This document shows, one piece after another, positions 27,282-36,493 of a DNA stretch of 41,548 bases; the first letter of the stretch is position 1; each line of letters opens with the position of its first letter. The translations under genes were made by a program, and so were the position numbers. The notes under the pieces are model-generated. The model ran no database searches. It saw only the letters and a program-made list of their open reading frames with translations, and was not told the origin of the DNA. The DNA lies in contig JAVHSM010000035.1 in the NCBI GenBank assembly GCA_036172155.1, positions 1 to 41,548 of the forward strand, written 5' to 3'. The DNA comes from Candidatus Magasanikiibacteriota bacterium. Lineage in GTDB: Bacteria > Patescibacteriota > Patescibacteriia > Magasanikbacterales > GWA2-37-8.

Positions 27282-30200
27282 ATGTTCTCAATTTTAAAAC
27301 AGAGAACAATCGCGTTATATCATTTTGTCAGAGCACGCCAAAAGCTTGTTGGTAGTTTTTGTTTTTTGTTTTTTGTTTTTTTGGCGGTGTATTTTGTGGC
27401 TGATGTGCATGTTGCGCAAGCGCAAGCGGCTGCTGCGGCTACTACGGCTGCTACGGTTGAACCAGGTGTGTTTATTCACGCGGTGGTGTCTATTCTGTTG
27501 TATGTCGCGCAATTCTTTTTGAAGATAGCGATGTTTACTTTGAATTTTATCATTGAGGTGGCTGGCTATAATGGATTTTTGAGTTCTTCAGCGGTGAGTA
27601 TCGGCTGGGTGATGGTGCGCGATATCACCAATATGTTTTTTGTGATTATTTTGTTGTTGGTAGCTTTTGGCACGATTTTGGGGTTGGAACAATATGAATG
27701 GAAAAAAATGCTGGTCAAATTCTTCTTCGCCGCGATACTGGTGAATTTTAGCCGAGTGATTTGTGGTTTGATTATTGATGTCGGCCAAGTAGTGATGATT
27801 ACATTTGTGAACGGCGTCGCCGCTACCGCGGGTGGTAATATGATTAACGCTTTTGGTTTGTCAGATTTTAATAAACTCTCTGCCGATGTGAAGGCGCAAG
27901 ATAGTACCGATCCAAGCAATATAGTCGTGGCCGCGATAAGCGCGGTGGTGTTTTCCGGTTTGACTATGGCTATCATGTTGTCGTTTCTGTTTATTTTGGT
28001 GGCTAGAATGATTGTCTTGTGGGTTTTGATTATTTTGTCGCCGTTTGCTTTTGTGCTGAGTGTGATTCCGCAAACGCAAAAATACGCTTCGCAATGGTGG
28101 TCTGAATTTGGTAACCATGTGGTGGTCGGACCGGCGCTGATGTTTTTTCTGTGGTTATCTTTTGCGGTGGTAGGGGGCGGACATATCAATGATGAAATTA
28201 GCGGTGCTAGTCAAGTACCAAAAGCACAGCAAATGAATGAGACTGACAACGGTGGTATTGTTTCGCAGATGAAATGGAACAGCATGGCCAGCTTTGCGAT
28301 CGCGATCGGTATTTTGTTGGTTGGTGCCAAGACCGCCCAGTCACTGGGCACTCAGGGTGGTAGCGCAATGAGCAAAGCCACAGATTTTGCCAAGAAGACG
28401 GCGATGGTGGCATCGGGTGCCAGCGCGGCAATGTGGTTGGGGAGAAAAGGGGCGGAGGGGTTGAAAGCGGGAGCCAAAGGCGCCGGCAAATTGGCCTATA
28501 TGGGTACTTTGGAAAATAGCGTGGAAAGAGTGAAAAATTTTGGACAGCGCCAGCTGGAAGGTTATCGGGCTTTTCGTGTGGCTGGGCCTAGGGCAGTGAT
28601 GGAAACGGTAGAAGCAAAAGATGAAAAAGGCAAAGTTGTATATGAAAAAGACGCAAACGGGAAAGTTGTAATTGATGAAAAAACCGGTCAGGCGAAAGCA
28701 AAGATGGAGACTAGACAAAAAAAATATGAAAATGGTGAATTGATGTGGCAAGAACGCACCGGTCCTTTGAGTAAGATTGGAAGCGGCTATCGCAAAGTAT
28801 TGGCTTCGCAAAAAATGTTAGAAAAAGTAAAAGAACAAAAAGAGACCAGAGAGGAATTGATAAAATCTCGTGCCGGTGTGGTACCAAAATATCTTATGCA
28901 AAAATTGGAAGGACCAGGTATTAGAGATTTAGAAAGAATGGAGAAAGGGCAATTAGCGGCGGAAAAAGAAAGATCAGCGGCCAAAACTTCTGAGATGGAA
29001 GCGATAGGACGCCAGCAAGTATTGTCATCCAAACGTTATAAGGCCGGAAAATGGCAAAATGAAAATCCGTCTGTTGGTGCACAAATCGCCCAGCACAAAG
29101 AAAGAGCCGCCGCTACCGAAGAGGGCATAAAAAGTTTATTTGAGGCGGCTAAAGCTTCTTATTTGGAAACCAGTGCTGGTAAAAAAGTTTTGAATGCTAA
29201 AGTGGCGGCGAGTTTGAAAATTGCTCGCGATGAGTCCCATATTAAAACGACTGAGGGTGAGTCAAGACGCAAGTTTATGCGTAAAGACCCAGTAGGACAA
29301 GCTATTTTACAAGAAAAATCCAAATGGGATGCTAGAGGAAAACGTGGAGAGTCTTTGACTAAAACGGCTGAAGAAAAGGCAAGAGCTGAATTTGCCAAAG
29401 GGTCAGAAGGTAAACAGTGGCTGGCGGAACAAAAATCTGGCGAACTGCAAACAAAAGTATATGCAGGGGATATTGCTGCTTTGGAAGCTGAGGCTGAAAA
29501 GAAAGTAACTGACTTACAGCCAGATCTTGTGTCACAATTAAATATTAGTGAACAAGCCAAAAAAGCAGCCGAAGATTTTATCAAGACCTTAAAAGAAAAA
29601 GATTTGCAAGGAAGCTTTGAAAAAGCCGCTGAACGCATGCGAGACATTTTAAAAACAAAAGATAAGGGTGAGATGGCCAAGAAGCTGAAGGCAGCCGAGG
29701 AAGAGAATCCATATATTATGGCCATGACCGAAGGCCAAAGATTGAAAACATCCACCGACGCTTCCAGTATTAGAAAAAAACAAGCCGAACAAGCGGCCAA
29801 AAATGTGGCAATTTCCAAACCAAAATATGGTACTACTACCGCCTCGACTGCTTTGTCCGATTATTCCGAGGGAAAAATGAAAGAGTACCGACAATTGGAG
29901 CGTTCAGCTGCTATGCGCAAAGCCACCGAAGTATATGTAGAATTAATGGCACAAAAAGATGCTCATAATAATGGTGAAGAAGGGGCTGCTGCTTTGGATA
30001 TCGATCAAGAAGCCGAACTATTCGCGGCGAGTAGTTTGTTGTCAGAAGAAGCATGGCAAGATGATCAACATGATTATGTTACTTCAATGTTGCAGGACTT
30101 AAAAGATGGAAAGATGAATGATAAAGATGGAAATATAACCTCTGATGGAAAAAAATGGGAAGTGGCTGCCAAAAATTTTGGTAAATTGGGTTGGTTGGGG

Positions 30201-31589
30201 GAAAAAGCTAAGGATGGTGAAATAAAAGATAACAATGGAAAATATAATTTTGAAGTTGATAGAAACTATGATCGAAGAAGTGCAGCTGATTTGCAAAATT
30301 TAGCTGCGAGTGGTATGGATGTAGATTTGGTGGTGGCCCACAAAAAAATTGCTCAGAGAAAAGAAGAAAATGAAATCATAGTTCAAGAGGAATCTATACG
30401 TATAAAAGATGATGCTTTGTCAAAAGCATCAAAAGATAAAACAGTGATGGGGCGAGAACCGGTGGCTGATAAAATAAATCTTGCTCGAAATCAAGCTACT
30501 GATTCAGCTGCGCGTTTAAAATTAACTGGAGTTGAAGCTGCCAATTATATTAACGCAGCCGTAAAGGAAGCTACCGAATCTGCAATTTTGGCTGAAAAAG
30601 ATATTGCCCAATCAATAGCTGAACGAATAAAAACAGTAGAGAATGATAATACTACTGATTATTGGCAGTTGGCTGATGATGTTTTGTCTAAAAGTAATAT
30701 CACAGGATTGTCGTCAGCCGCAGATATGGAGGCCAGATATGCAAAATCCGAAGATTTTATGCAAGATGCTGTCAAATCCAATAGGAAAAATGCCGTTGCC
30801 ACTGGACATGAAGAATTGGGTTATAATCAGGATTATGATTCCGGCAGAGGTGTTTATCGTTTTACAACTTTCGCCGAGGGACAAGCTGGTATGCGCGCGG
30901 AGCGTGTGAAACAAAAGCGTCAACAATTGGTTGGTACCGATCAGTATCATAGTAATGGTACTTTGGCCCAAAAACAGGGAATTATCGATGATTTTAATGA
31001 AGGCGCTATTTCTCTCAGTACCGGCGGTGTTACCAAAGATATCCAACTCAACAGTATGCCTGAGCGTTCCTTAAAAGCTGGCCACTATATACATAAAAAT
31101 GAAGACGCACAGGTTATAACTGGAAAAGACGGCGGACGATATGCGGTAGTGGGAGGATCTGCAGCTTTGGAAAAATTTGCGGAAGATGGTGATACTACTC
31201 AGGAACAAGTTCAGCAACATATGTTAACGCGTGGTGTTTTGGCAGAATTAATGGCTGGTGAAATAGGTTATTCCATGGTTGGTTGTAAACTCTATCAGCA
31301 CACTTCTGAAGCGGAAGCTCAACAGGGTATAATTAATTTAGATATTGCCGGTTTACAGGTTAAAACCGTGAAAGAATTGGCTGGAAAGTTATTAGAAAGA
31401 ATTAATAATGATCCAAAATATTTGGCTAAATCAAAATATAAAAATCAGCAAGCGCGTGTAGTAAAAAAATTAACACAAATTATGAATTCTGTTTATAGAA
31501 CTGCCAATGACAGAAATAAAAAAGAGAACAAAAGCGCGGATAATAAAGCCGCAGAAGAAGCAATAGCTCTAGGAGTTATTCCAGGTTAG
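27282..31589 (+). CDS. VirB6/TrbL-like polytopic membrane protein fused to a ~1000-aa K/E/A-rich (coiled-coil-like) region
   Basis: The N-terminal ~330 aa carry at least 6 hydrophobic helices, e.g. ITNMFFVIILLLVAFGTILG, FFFAAILVNFSRVICGLIIDVGQVV, AIMLSFLFILVARMIVLWVLIILSPFAFVL and VVVGPALMFFLWLSFAVVG. The rest is charged and low in complexity. The T4SS context supports the call. Confidence 0.55.
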   Translation: MFSILKQRTIALYHFVRARQKLVGSFCFLFFVFLAVYFVADVHVAQAQAAAAATTAATVEPGVFIHAVVSILLYVAQFFLKIAMFTLNFIIEVAGYNGFLSSSAVSIGWVMVRDITNMFFVIILLLVAFGTILGLEQYEWKKMLVKFFFAAILVNFSRVICGLIIDVGQVVMITFVNGVAATAGGNMINAFGLSDFNKLSADVKAQDSTDPSNIVVAAISAVVFSGLTMAIMLSFLFILVARMIVLWVLIILSPFAFVLSVIPQTQKYASQWWSEFGNHVVVGPALMFFLWLSFAVVGGGHINDEISGASQVPKAQQMNETDNGGIVSQMKWNSMASFAIAIGILLVGAKTAQSLGTQGGSAMSKATDFAKKTAMVASGASAAMWLGRKGAEGLKAGAKGAGKLAYMGTLENSVERVKNFGQRQLEGYRAFRVAGPRAVMETVEAKDEKGKVVYEKDANGKVVIDEKTGQAKAKMETRQKKYENGELMWQERTGPLSKIGSGYRKVLASQKMLEKVKEQKETREELIKSRAGVVPKYLMQKLEGPGIRDLERMEKGQLAAEKERSAAKTSEMEAIGRQQVLSSKRYKAGKWQNENPSVGAQIAQHKERAAATEEGIKSLFEAAKASYLETSAGKKVLNAKVAASLKIARDESHIKTTEGESRRKFMRKDPVGQAILQEKSKWDARGKRGESLTKTAEEKARAEFAKGSEGKQWLAEQKSGELQTKVYAGDIAALEAEAEKKVTDLQPDLVSQLNISEQAKKAAEDFIKTLKEKDLQGSFEKAAERMRDILKTKDKGEMAKKLKAAEEENPYIMAMTEGQRLKTSTDASSIRKKQAEQAAKNVAISKPKYGTTTASTALSDYSEGKMKEYRQLERSAAMRKATEVYVELMAQKDAHNNGEEGAAALDIDQEAELFAASSLLSEEAWQDDQHDYVTSMLQDLKDGKMNDKDGNITSDGKKWEVAAKNFGKLGWLGEKAKDGEIKDNNGKYNFEVDRNYDRRSAADLQNLAASGMDVDLVVAHKKIAQRKEENEIIVQEESIRIKDDALSKASKDKTVMGREPVADKINLARNQATDSAARLKLTGVEAANYINAAVKEATESAILAEKDIAQSIAERIKTVENDNTTDYWQLADDVLSKSNITGLSSAADMEARYAKSEDFMQDAVKSNRKNAVATGHEELGYNQDYDSGRGVYRFTTFAEGQAGMRAERVKQKRQQLVGTDQYHSNGTLAQKQGIIDDFNEGAISLSTGGVTKDIQLNSMPERSLKAGHYIHKNEDAQVITGKDGGRYAVVGGSAALEKFAEDGDTTQEQVQQHMLTRGVLAELMAGEIGYSMVGCKLYQHTSEAEAQQGIINLDIAGLQVKTVKELAGKLLERINNDPKYLAKSKYKNQQARVVKKLTQIMNSVYRTANDRNKKENKSADNKAAEEAIALGVIPG

Positions 31590-31607
31590 ATTTATTAAAA
31601 TATAGTT

Positions 31608-32960
31608 ATGTTGTTTAAGGCGTTACAATCTATCACCGACTATCGTTTGCAAAATATCACGATGTTTAGACAATCTATTTTGTCATTGAAGGATTTAACT
31701 TTGAAATTTGGTTATAACAGTAGTGATGATAAATTTTCTATTTGGCGCGGCATTTTGTCTTTGGCTGACGAGCTAGATTTTTTGTCCGGCGACGAACTAG
31801 CCGAAGAACAAAAAAAATTCCAAGAAAATATAATTTTATTTATTGACAATGATCTGCTGTTGTCTTTGCAAACCAAAATGCAAGGGTTGGATAGTAGTGC
31901 CCAAAACATTAGTCAGTTGAGTGAATTGGATGTCGTTAATACTCAATTAAGTTTGCAGTTGGAGTATGTTTGTACCATTTTGAATTTATTCAAAAAATCA
32001 GGAGTCATTTATAGCTCAGAGGAATTGTTTACGGCCATGACCAATACCACTAGTGTCGAAAATAAATTTAGAATACTAAATACGTTGGTATATTTATTGA
32101 ATGATGATGAAATTCGCCAGGCTGCCCGTTTTGAACTGCCAAAGTTTTTAACAATGGAAGAAAATATTCAACAAAAGTTATATACTTGGGAGGAAGCGGT
32201 TACATTATTTTTGGTGCTTGCCATTGTTGTCAAAGAATTTTCTCACCTGTCTGAATTTAAGCAATATTTTGTTGTGAAGAATTATTTTTACCATTCGTTG
32301 GTATTGGGTGTACCTATTGTCAAAGTGGTCGAATCAGCCTTATCCGAAACGAGAAATATTTTATCTTATGTTGATAAAAATTTAATTTTGCTGAATGCGT
32401 TTGTAAAAAATCAAGAACATATATTGACCGGCAAAAATTTGGAAACTCAGGCCGGCCTAGCCGATTTATTAAATAAATATATTGGTCAAAATTTATCGGA
32501 ACCGGAAAGTGAAACAAATGTTACGAAATTTTTGGAAGAATATTATATTGATGCGAAAGATAAAAATTTGTATGTGAATTGGTTAAAATCATTTTTTTCT
32601 ACATATTTTCATTTAGCGCAAGCCAATTTGATCGACAATAATACCGGCGGTCAATTGAATGAAAAAGAAATTGCGGAGAACGAATTGATCAGATTATGCA
32701 CTTTTTTCGCTCTTGGCCAGATTGGATTTGATGAGATTATACAATATTATCAACAACAGAATGAAATCAATGTTCCGTTGACAAGATTCATCACAAAATT
32801 AAGAGAGTTGGCCGATCTTAAAGATCAAAGTGTAGCCGATGATTTGTTAGTGTTAACTGCCGCTTTGCATGAGAATGGAATTTTATTAGACAACAACGAA
32901 CTGATTGAGTTTCACGAATCCGACAACAAATTTCATTGGAATGAAGATTATCTAAAATAA
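31608..32960 (+). CDS. Hypothetical soluble protein, paralog A (450 aa) of the T4SS-like operon
   Basis: No TM or signal peptide. Clearly alignable to the next ORF (LYTWEEAVTLFLVLAIVVKEF / LYFWEEALEFNLMLHIIWKNF, and others). Confidence 0.7.
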   Translation: MLFKALQSITDYRLQNITMFRQSILSLKDLTLKFGYNSSDDKFSIWRGILSLADELDFLSGDELAEEQKKFQENIILFIDNDLLLSLQTKMQGLDSSAQNISQLSELDVVNTQLSLQLEYVCTILNLFKKSGVIYSSEELFTAMTNTTSVENKFRILNTLVYLLNDDEIRQAARFELPKFLTMEENIQQKLYTWEEAVTLFLVLAIVVKEFSHLSEFKQYFVVKNYFYHSLVLGVPIVKVVESALSETRNILSYVDKNLILLNAFVKNQEHILTGKNLETQAGLADLLNKYIGQNLSEPESETNVTKFLEEYYIDAKDKNLYVNWLKSFFSTYFHLAQANLIDNNTGGQLNEKEIAENELIRLCTFFALGQIGFDEIIQYYQQQNEINVPLTRFITKLRELADLKDQSVADDLLVLTAALHENGILLDNNELIEFHESDNKFHWNEDYLK

Positions 32961-32961
32961 T

Positions 32962-33996
32962 ATGCCAGAAGAAATTATCGTGCCGGCTTCAACTGAAGCG
33001 ACTGATAACGAGTCGGTACAAAACAATTTATATTTTTACCGTTTGGAAAATTGGGATGAGGTGAAAAAATCTCTCAATCTTTTGATTGAAAATGAAGATC
33101 TGTTGTTGCAAAGCAACGATGCAATCATTGATAAGATGTTTAATTTTGCCAGTCCGCTATTTTTGAATGGAACATTTTATGAAGCTAGCAATGTCTTTGA
33201 TGCCGCCGATATCGCTTCTGCTAGTTTTTTGTCTCCATTACTCATAAAAGAATTTATCAAAAATCCAACGGATAAAATATTATGCGATCGGTTGGTGGTA
33301 CATTTGTCTTTGGCGGGGGCGGCGACACAAAATATGCCCAAACCTGATTTTAAACCATACAATCTAAGCGAAATGATCAAAATTTTGGTGGATGGCAATA
33401 AAGATATTTATAATAATGTTACTTTTTTATATACATTGAGAATTATACTCGATTCAGAAGGCCCAGATGATAGAGCGGCGGCTGTTTTTAGTACTTTTGA
33501 ACCGCTTGATACCACCGTCGAGGAACCAACTCTTTATTTTTGGGAAGAAGCTTTGGAATTTAACCTGATGTTGCATATAATTTGGAAAAATTTTGTTTTG
33601 TTTGGAACACAGCAACAAGAAATTATTTTGAAAAATTATCTTTTTTCGGCGATTGTGGCTGGTGTGCCGGTGGAATATTGGCTCAAAGAGATTTTGACTG
33701 CGGATGTAGAAGGTTTTGATAACGAAAAAGCTAATTCCTTTTTTCTCAAAACGATTGAAAATAGCAACGAGCGTATTCCGACCAATACAGTAACCGAGGA
33801 ATCGCGTAAATTGATGGAAATATTGCCGGAATATATCGGAAAAATTTTTAGCGGTGATATCAAGACTTTGACCCAAGAAAAATTTATTGAAGATTTTTAT
33901 AAAGGACAGGTGGCTGAAAAAAAATTCAGCGAATGGCTTCGCAATTTATTGCAATTGTATTATAATTTAAGAAACGGAACATATTTGCGCAAATAA
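32962..33996 (+). CDS. Hypothetical soluble protein, paralog B (344 aa)
   Basis: Start is 1 nt after the upstream stop (TAAtATG). Paralogous to 31608-32960. Confidence 0.7.
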   Translation: MPEEIIVPASTEATDNESVQNNLYFYRLENWDEVKKSLNLLIENEDLLLQSNDAIIDKMFNFASPLFLNGTFYEASNVFDAADIASASFLSPLLIKEFIKNPTDKILCDRLVVHLSLAGAATQNMPKPDFKPYNLSEMIKILVDGNKDIYNNVTFLYTLRIILDSEGPDDRAAAVFSTFEPLDTTVEEPTLYFWEEALEFNLMLHIIWKNFVLFGTQQQEIILKNYLFSAIVAGVPVEYWLKEILTADVEGFDNEKANSFFLKTIENSNERIPTNTVTEESRKLMEILPEYIGKIFSGDIKTLTQEKFIEDFYKGQVAEKKFSEWLRNLLQLYYNLRNGTYLRK

Positions 33997-33997
33997 T

Positions 33998-35251
33998 ATG
34001 GACGATCAAGTCGCACAACCGACAATTTTGGTAAAAAAATCCGATGGTACGACCGAACGGATTACTTTGGCTGAACTAAAAGCGCGTCAGGCTGGGGCGC
34101 AGACAGTACCGGTTGTACCTGTGATTGCACCTGTCATTCCGAGCCGTGCCGAGGAATCCCTTGGAATTGCTTCGTCGCCTACTGTATCGCAGGCTCCTCG
34201 CAATGACATCGAGAAACCACATGGTTTAGTAGTTGGTCCGCATGAAAAAAAAATAATAATGCCAACGCTGGTGATGCCAAAGCCGTTGGAAATTGTCATT
34301 CCGAGTAAGGTCGAGGAATCCCTTGATAAATTAAGAGATTCCTCCACTACACTGCGTTCCGGTCGGAATGACAGTGAAAAACCGTTGTTACACGAAGAAG
34401 TTCCGGAAAGTCCGCACGCGCAAACCACCACTGTACCGACTCGTTTGGATCAGGCGGATAAAATTATTTTTGGTTTGTCATTCAAAGTGCCGGCGCAATT
34501 TTCCAATCGTTTGCGCAGTGCTATTCAGTTGCGCCTGAAAGATATTCGCAGTGAAGCGGACACCAAAGATCTATGTTTGCGTTCCATAAAGGATGGGGGA
34601 TTGGGATTGACCGAGACTCAGGCACAGGAAGTAGTGATCAAAGCCAAACCAATGGCGATGGAAATAAAAATAAAAGACAAAGACCAATTTGATTTGCCGG
34701 CAAAAATTGAATTATCACCGGCGCCGGTTGTACCGATGCAAAAAATAAGTCAGGAAGTAAGCAATAAAGAAGCGGTGGTAGATAAAATTATTGGCCAAGG
34801 TTCTTCAATGTCGGCTCCGACTATCGCCGATCTGTTACCGTCTAAACCGGTGCCAGTCAGTGCGATGCCTGCTCCGGCTCGAATGCCGACTTCGGTATCA
34901 TCTCAAAAAATACAAATGCACGATATGAAAGCCAAACCGGCCGCGCTTGGTCCGCTCGATGAAATACAATATTTTTCTTTGATTGATCTGCGTCGTTTGT
35001 CATTTCAGGCCAGTGAAGCGGTTAGCCGTTTGAAACAAAAATTTGTCAATCTGAAAGAAGAATCGTTTTTATTGTTTATTGATTCGTGGAGCGCTTGGCG
35101 CAACAGTGGACTATATCAAAGTTATATGGAGGCGGTAGATTCCGCATTGGTGCAAAAGCGCCGTTTGGTTTCGGTGGTGGGAGAAAAAGAAAAAATTTCT
35201 TTGGCGGAAATTGAGGCGGTAATAAAAATGGAAAAAGAATTAGAAATTTAA
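33998..35251 (+). CDS. Hypothetical 417-aa protein carrying two in-frame palindromic-repeat insertions
   Basis: TAAtATG coupling to the upstream gene. Contains 'VIPSRAEESLGIASSPTVSQAPRNDI' and 'VIPSKVEESLDKLRDSSTTLRSGRNDS', which are translated repeat elements. No family recognised. Confidence 0.65.
   Translation: MDDQVAQPTILVKKSDGTTERITLAELKARQAGAQTVPVVPVIAPVIPSRAEESLGIASSPTVSQAPRNDIEKPHGLVVGPHEKKIIMPTLVMPKPLEIVIPSKVEESLDKLRDSSTTLRSGRNDSEKPLLHEEVPESPHAQTTTVPTRLDQADKIIFGLSFKVPAQFSNRLRSAIQLRLKDIRSEADTKDLCLRSIKDGGLGLTETQAQEVVIKAKPMAMEIKIKDKDQFDLPAKIELSPAPVVPMQKISQEVSNKEAVVDKIIGQGSSMSAPTIADLLPSKPVPVSAMPAPARMPTSVSSQKIQMHDMKAKPAALGPLDEIQYFSLIDLRRLSFQASEAVSRLKQKFVNLKEESFLLFIDSWSAWRNSGLYQSYMEAVDSALVQKRRLVSVVGEKEKISLAEIEAVIKMEKELEI
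34133..34207 (+). repeat. Composite family-B element (75 nt) inside a CDS
   Basis: gtcattccgagccgtgccgaggaatccc...gctcctcgcaatgac. Confidence 0.85.
34295..34372 (+). repeat. Composite family-B element (78 nt) inside a CDS
   Basis: gtcattccgagtaaggtcgaggaatccc...gattcctcc...ggtcggaatgac. Confidence 0.85.
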
Positions 35252-35252
35252 T

Positions 35253-35681
35253 ATGGATCAATTTGTAGTACCGCAATTTATCGATGTGGAAGACAAAATT
35301 TTCGGACCGGTGACGGCCCGCCAATTTATTATTTTGCTGGTGGCCGGCTTGGTGTTGTTTATCGCTTACAAATTGGTTGATACTACTTTATTTATTTTTC
35401 TATTAGCGATAATCGGTGGGTCGGCTCTGGTATTGGCCTTTGTGAAAATTAATGGTCAATCATTTCATTATTTCTTGTTGAATTTGATCCAGACATTGCG
35501 TCGTCCCAGTCGTCGGATCTGGTATAAGAGTGAAGATAAAGCCGAATTGGAGGAACTGCGCAAAGGTGAGAAAGTAGTGTTGATTGAAAAAGTAGCCGAG
35601 GTGCCGCGTTTGTCTTATAATCGTATTCGTGATCTATCATTAGCGGTAAATACCGGTGGTTATTATAAACCAGAGGTGTAA
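35253..35681 (+). CDS. PrgI-family (VirB3-like) small T4SS membrane protein
   Basis: 'VPQFIDVEDKIFGPVTARQFIILLVAGLVLF' matches the PrgI-family N-terminal signature. Two hydrophobic helices. TAAtATG coupling to the upstream gene. Confidence 0.75.
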   Translation: MDQFVVPQFIDVEDKIFGPVTARQFIILLVAGLVLFIAYKLVDTTLFIFLLAIIGGSALVLAFVKINGQSFHYFLLNLIQTLRRPSRRIWYKSEDKAELEELRKGEKVVLIEKVAEVPRLSYNRIRDLSLAVNTGGYYKPEV

Positions 35682-35692
35682 TACCATTTATT

Positions 35693-35797
35693 GTCATTCT
35701 GAGTGAAACGAAGAATCTCTTAAAGTTTGGTTAGAGGGATCCTTCGTTTCACTCAGGATGACGGTAAATAATAGATTCCCGTTTGCACGGGAATGAC
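35693..35797. repeat. 70-nt composite family-B hairpin plus an inverted family-A element
   Basis: gtcattctgagtgaaacgaagaatctct...agagggatccttcgtttcactcaggatgac (35693-35762). gattcccgtttgcacgggaatgac (35774-35797). Confidence 0.9.
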
Positions 35798-35806
35798 ATA
35801 TAAAGT

Positions 35807-36490
35807 ATGAAAAACAAACAAGCCGCCGCCAAAAAATCCGCCATTCCTGTTGCTCAGCGATTTTTGGGTGTGGCGGAAATCAAGCAAGACACACTGGTGA
35901 TGAAAGACGGTACGATGCGGGCTATCCTGATGGTGTCCAGTATCAATTTTTCGTTAAAAAATGAAGACGAACAAAATGCTATTATTTCTTCGTATGTCAG
36001 TTTTCTCAACGCTATTGACCATCCTTTACAAGTGGTGATTCAATCGCGTGAGCTGTATATCAAACCCTATCTGCAAGATTTACAAAAACGCGAGCGTGAA
36101 CAGACCAATGAATTGTTACGAGCGCAAATCGCTGATTACCGATCGTTTATTACCGAATTAGTGGAGATGGGAGAAATTATGAGCAAAAATTTTTATGTGG
36201 TAGTGCCGTATGATCCGCTTTCCAACAAACAAAAAAGTTTTTGGTCGCGCGCGACCGAAGCTTTCAATCCGATAGTAACAGTGAAATTGAAAGGTGAACG
36301 ATTTGCTCAGCGAAAATTCGATTTGGAACAGCGTTTGCGCCAAGTCGAATCCGGTTTGCGCAGTATTGGTTTGGAGGTAGTGCGCCTAGACACGCAATCA
36401 CTAGTCGAAGTGTTGTATTCTACCTACAATCCGGACATTGCTTTGACAGAGCGTTTGTCGCCGCTTAACGATATGCAATTAGAACAATAA
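35807..36490 (+). CDS. T4SS-locus protein, candidate detached N-terminal domain of VirB4
   Basis: 227 aa, in the same reading frame as the downstream ATPase and separated from it only by TAA+TTT. 'VAEIKQDTLVMKDGTMRAILMVSSINFSLKNEDEQ' resembles the start of long VirB4/TrsE proteins, judged from memory rather than by search. Confidence 0.5.
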   Translation: MKNKQAAAKKSAIPVAQRFLGVAEIKQDTLVMKDGTMRAILMVSSINFSLKNEDEQNAIISSYVSFLNAIDHPLQVVIQSRELYIKPYLQDLQKREREQTNELLRAQIADYRSFITELVEMGEIMSKNFYVVVPYDPLSNKQKSFWSRATEAFNPIVTVKLKGERFAQRKFDLEQRLRQVESGLRSIGLEVVRLDTQSLVEVLYSTYNPDIALTERLSPLNDMQLEQ

Positions 36491-36493
36491 TTT

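Noticed and set aside
27355-27385. T/G-rich simple tract (tttttg-ttttttg-ttttttg-ttttttt) at the 5' end of the VirB6-like gene, considered as a slippage or phase-variation site.
   Set aside because: The units are irregular, and the tract simply encodes a Phe/Leu/Cys-rich first TM helix (FCFLFFVFL). There is no evidence of frame disruption.
27566-29818. Long antisense ORFs inside the VirB6-like gene (27566-28189, 28341-28811, 29159-29818).
   Set aside because: They are low-complexity mirror translations of the TM-rich and K/E/A-rich sense sequence. They have no independent start context.
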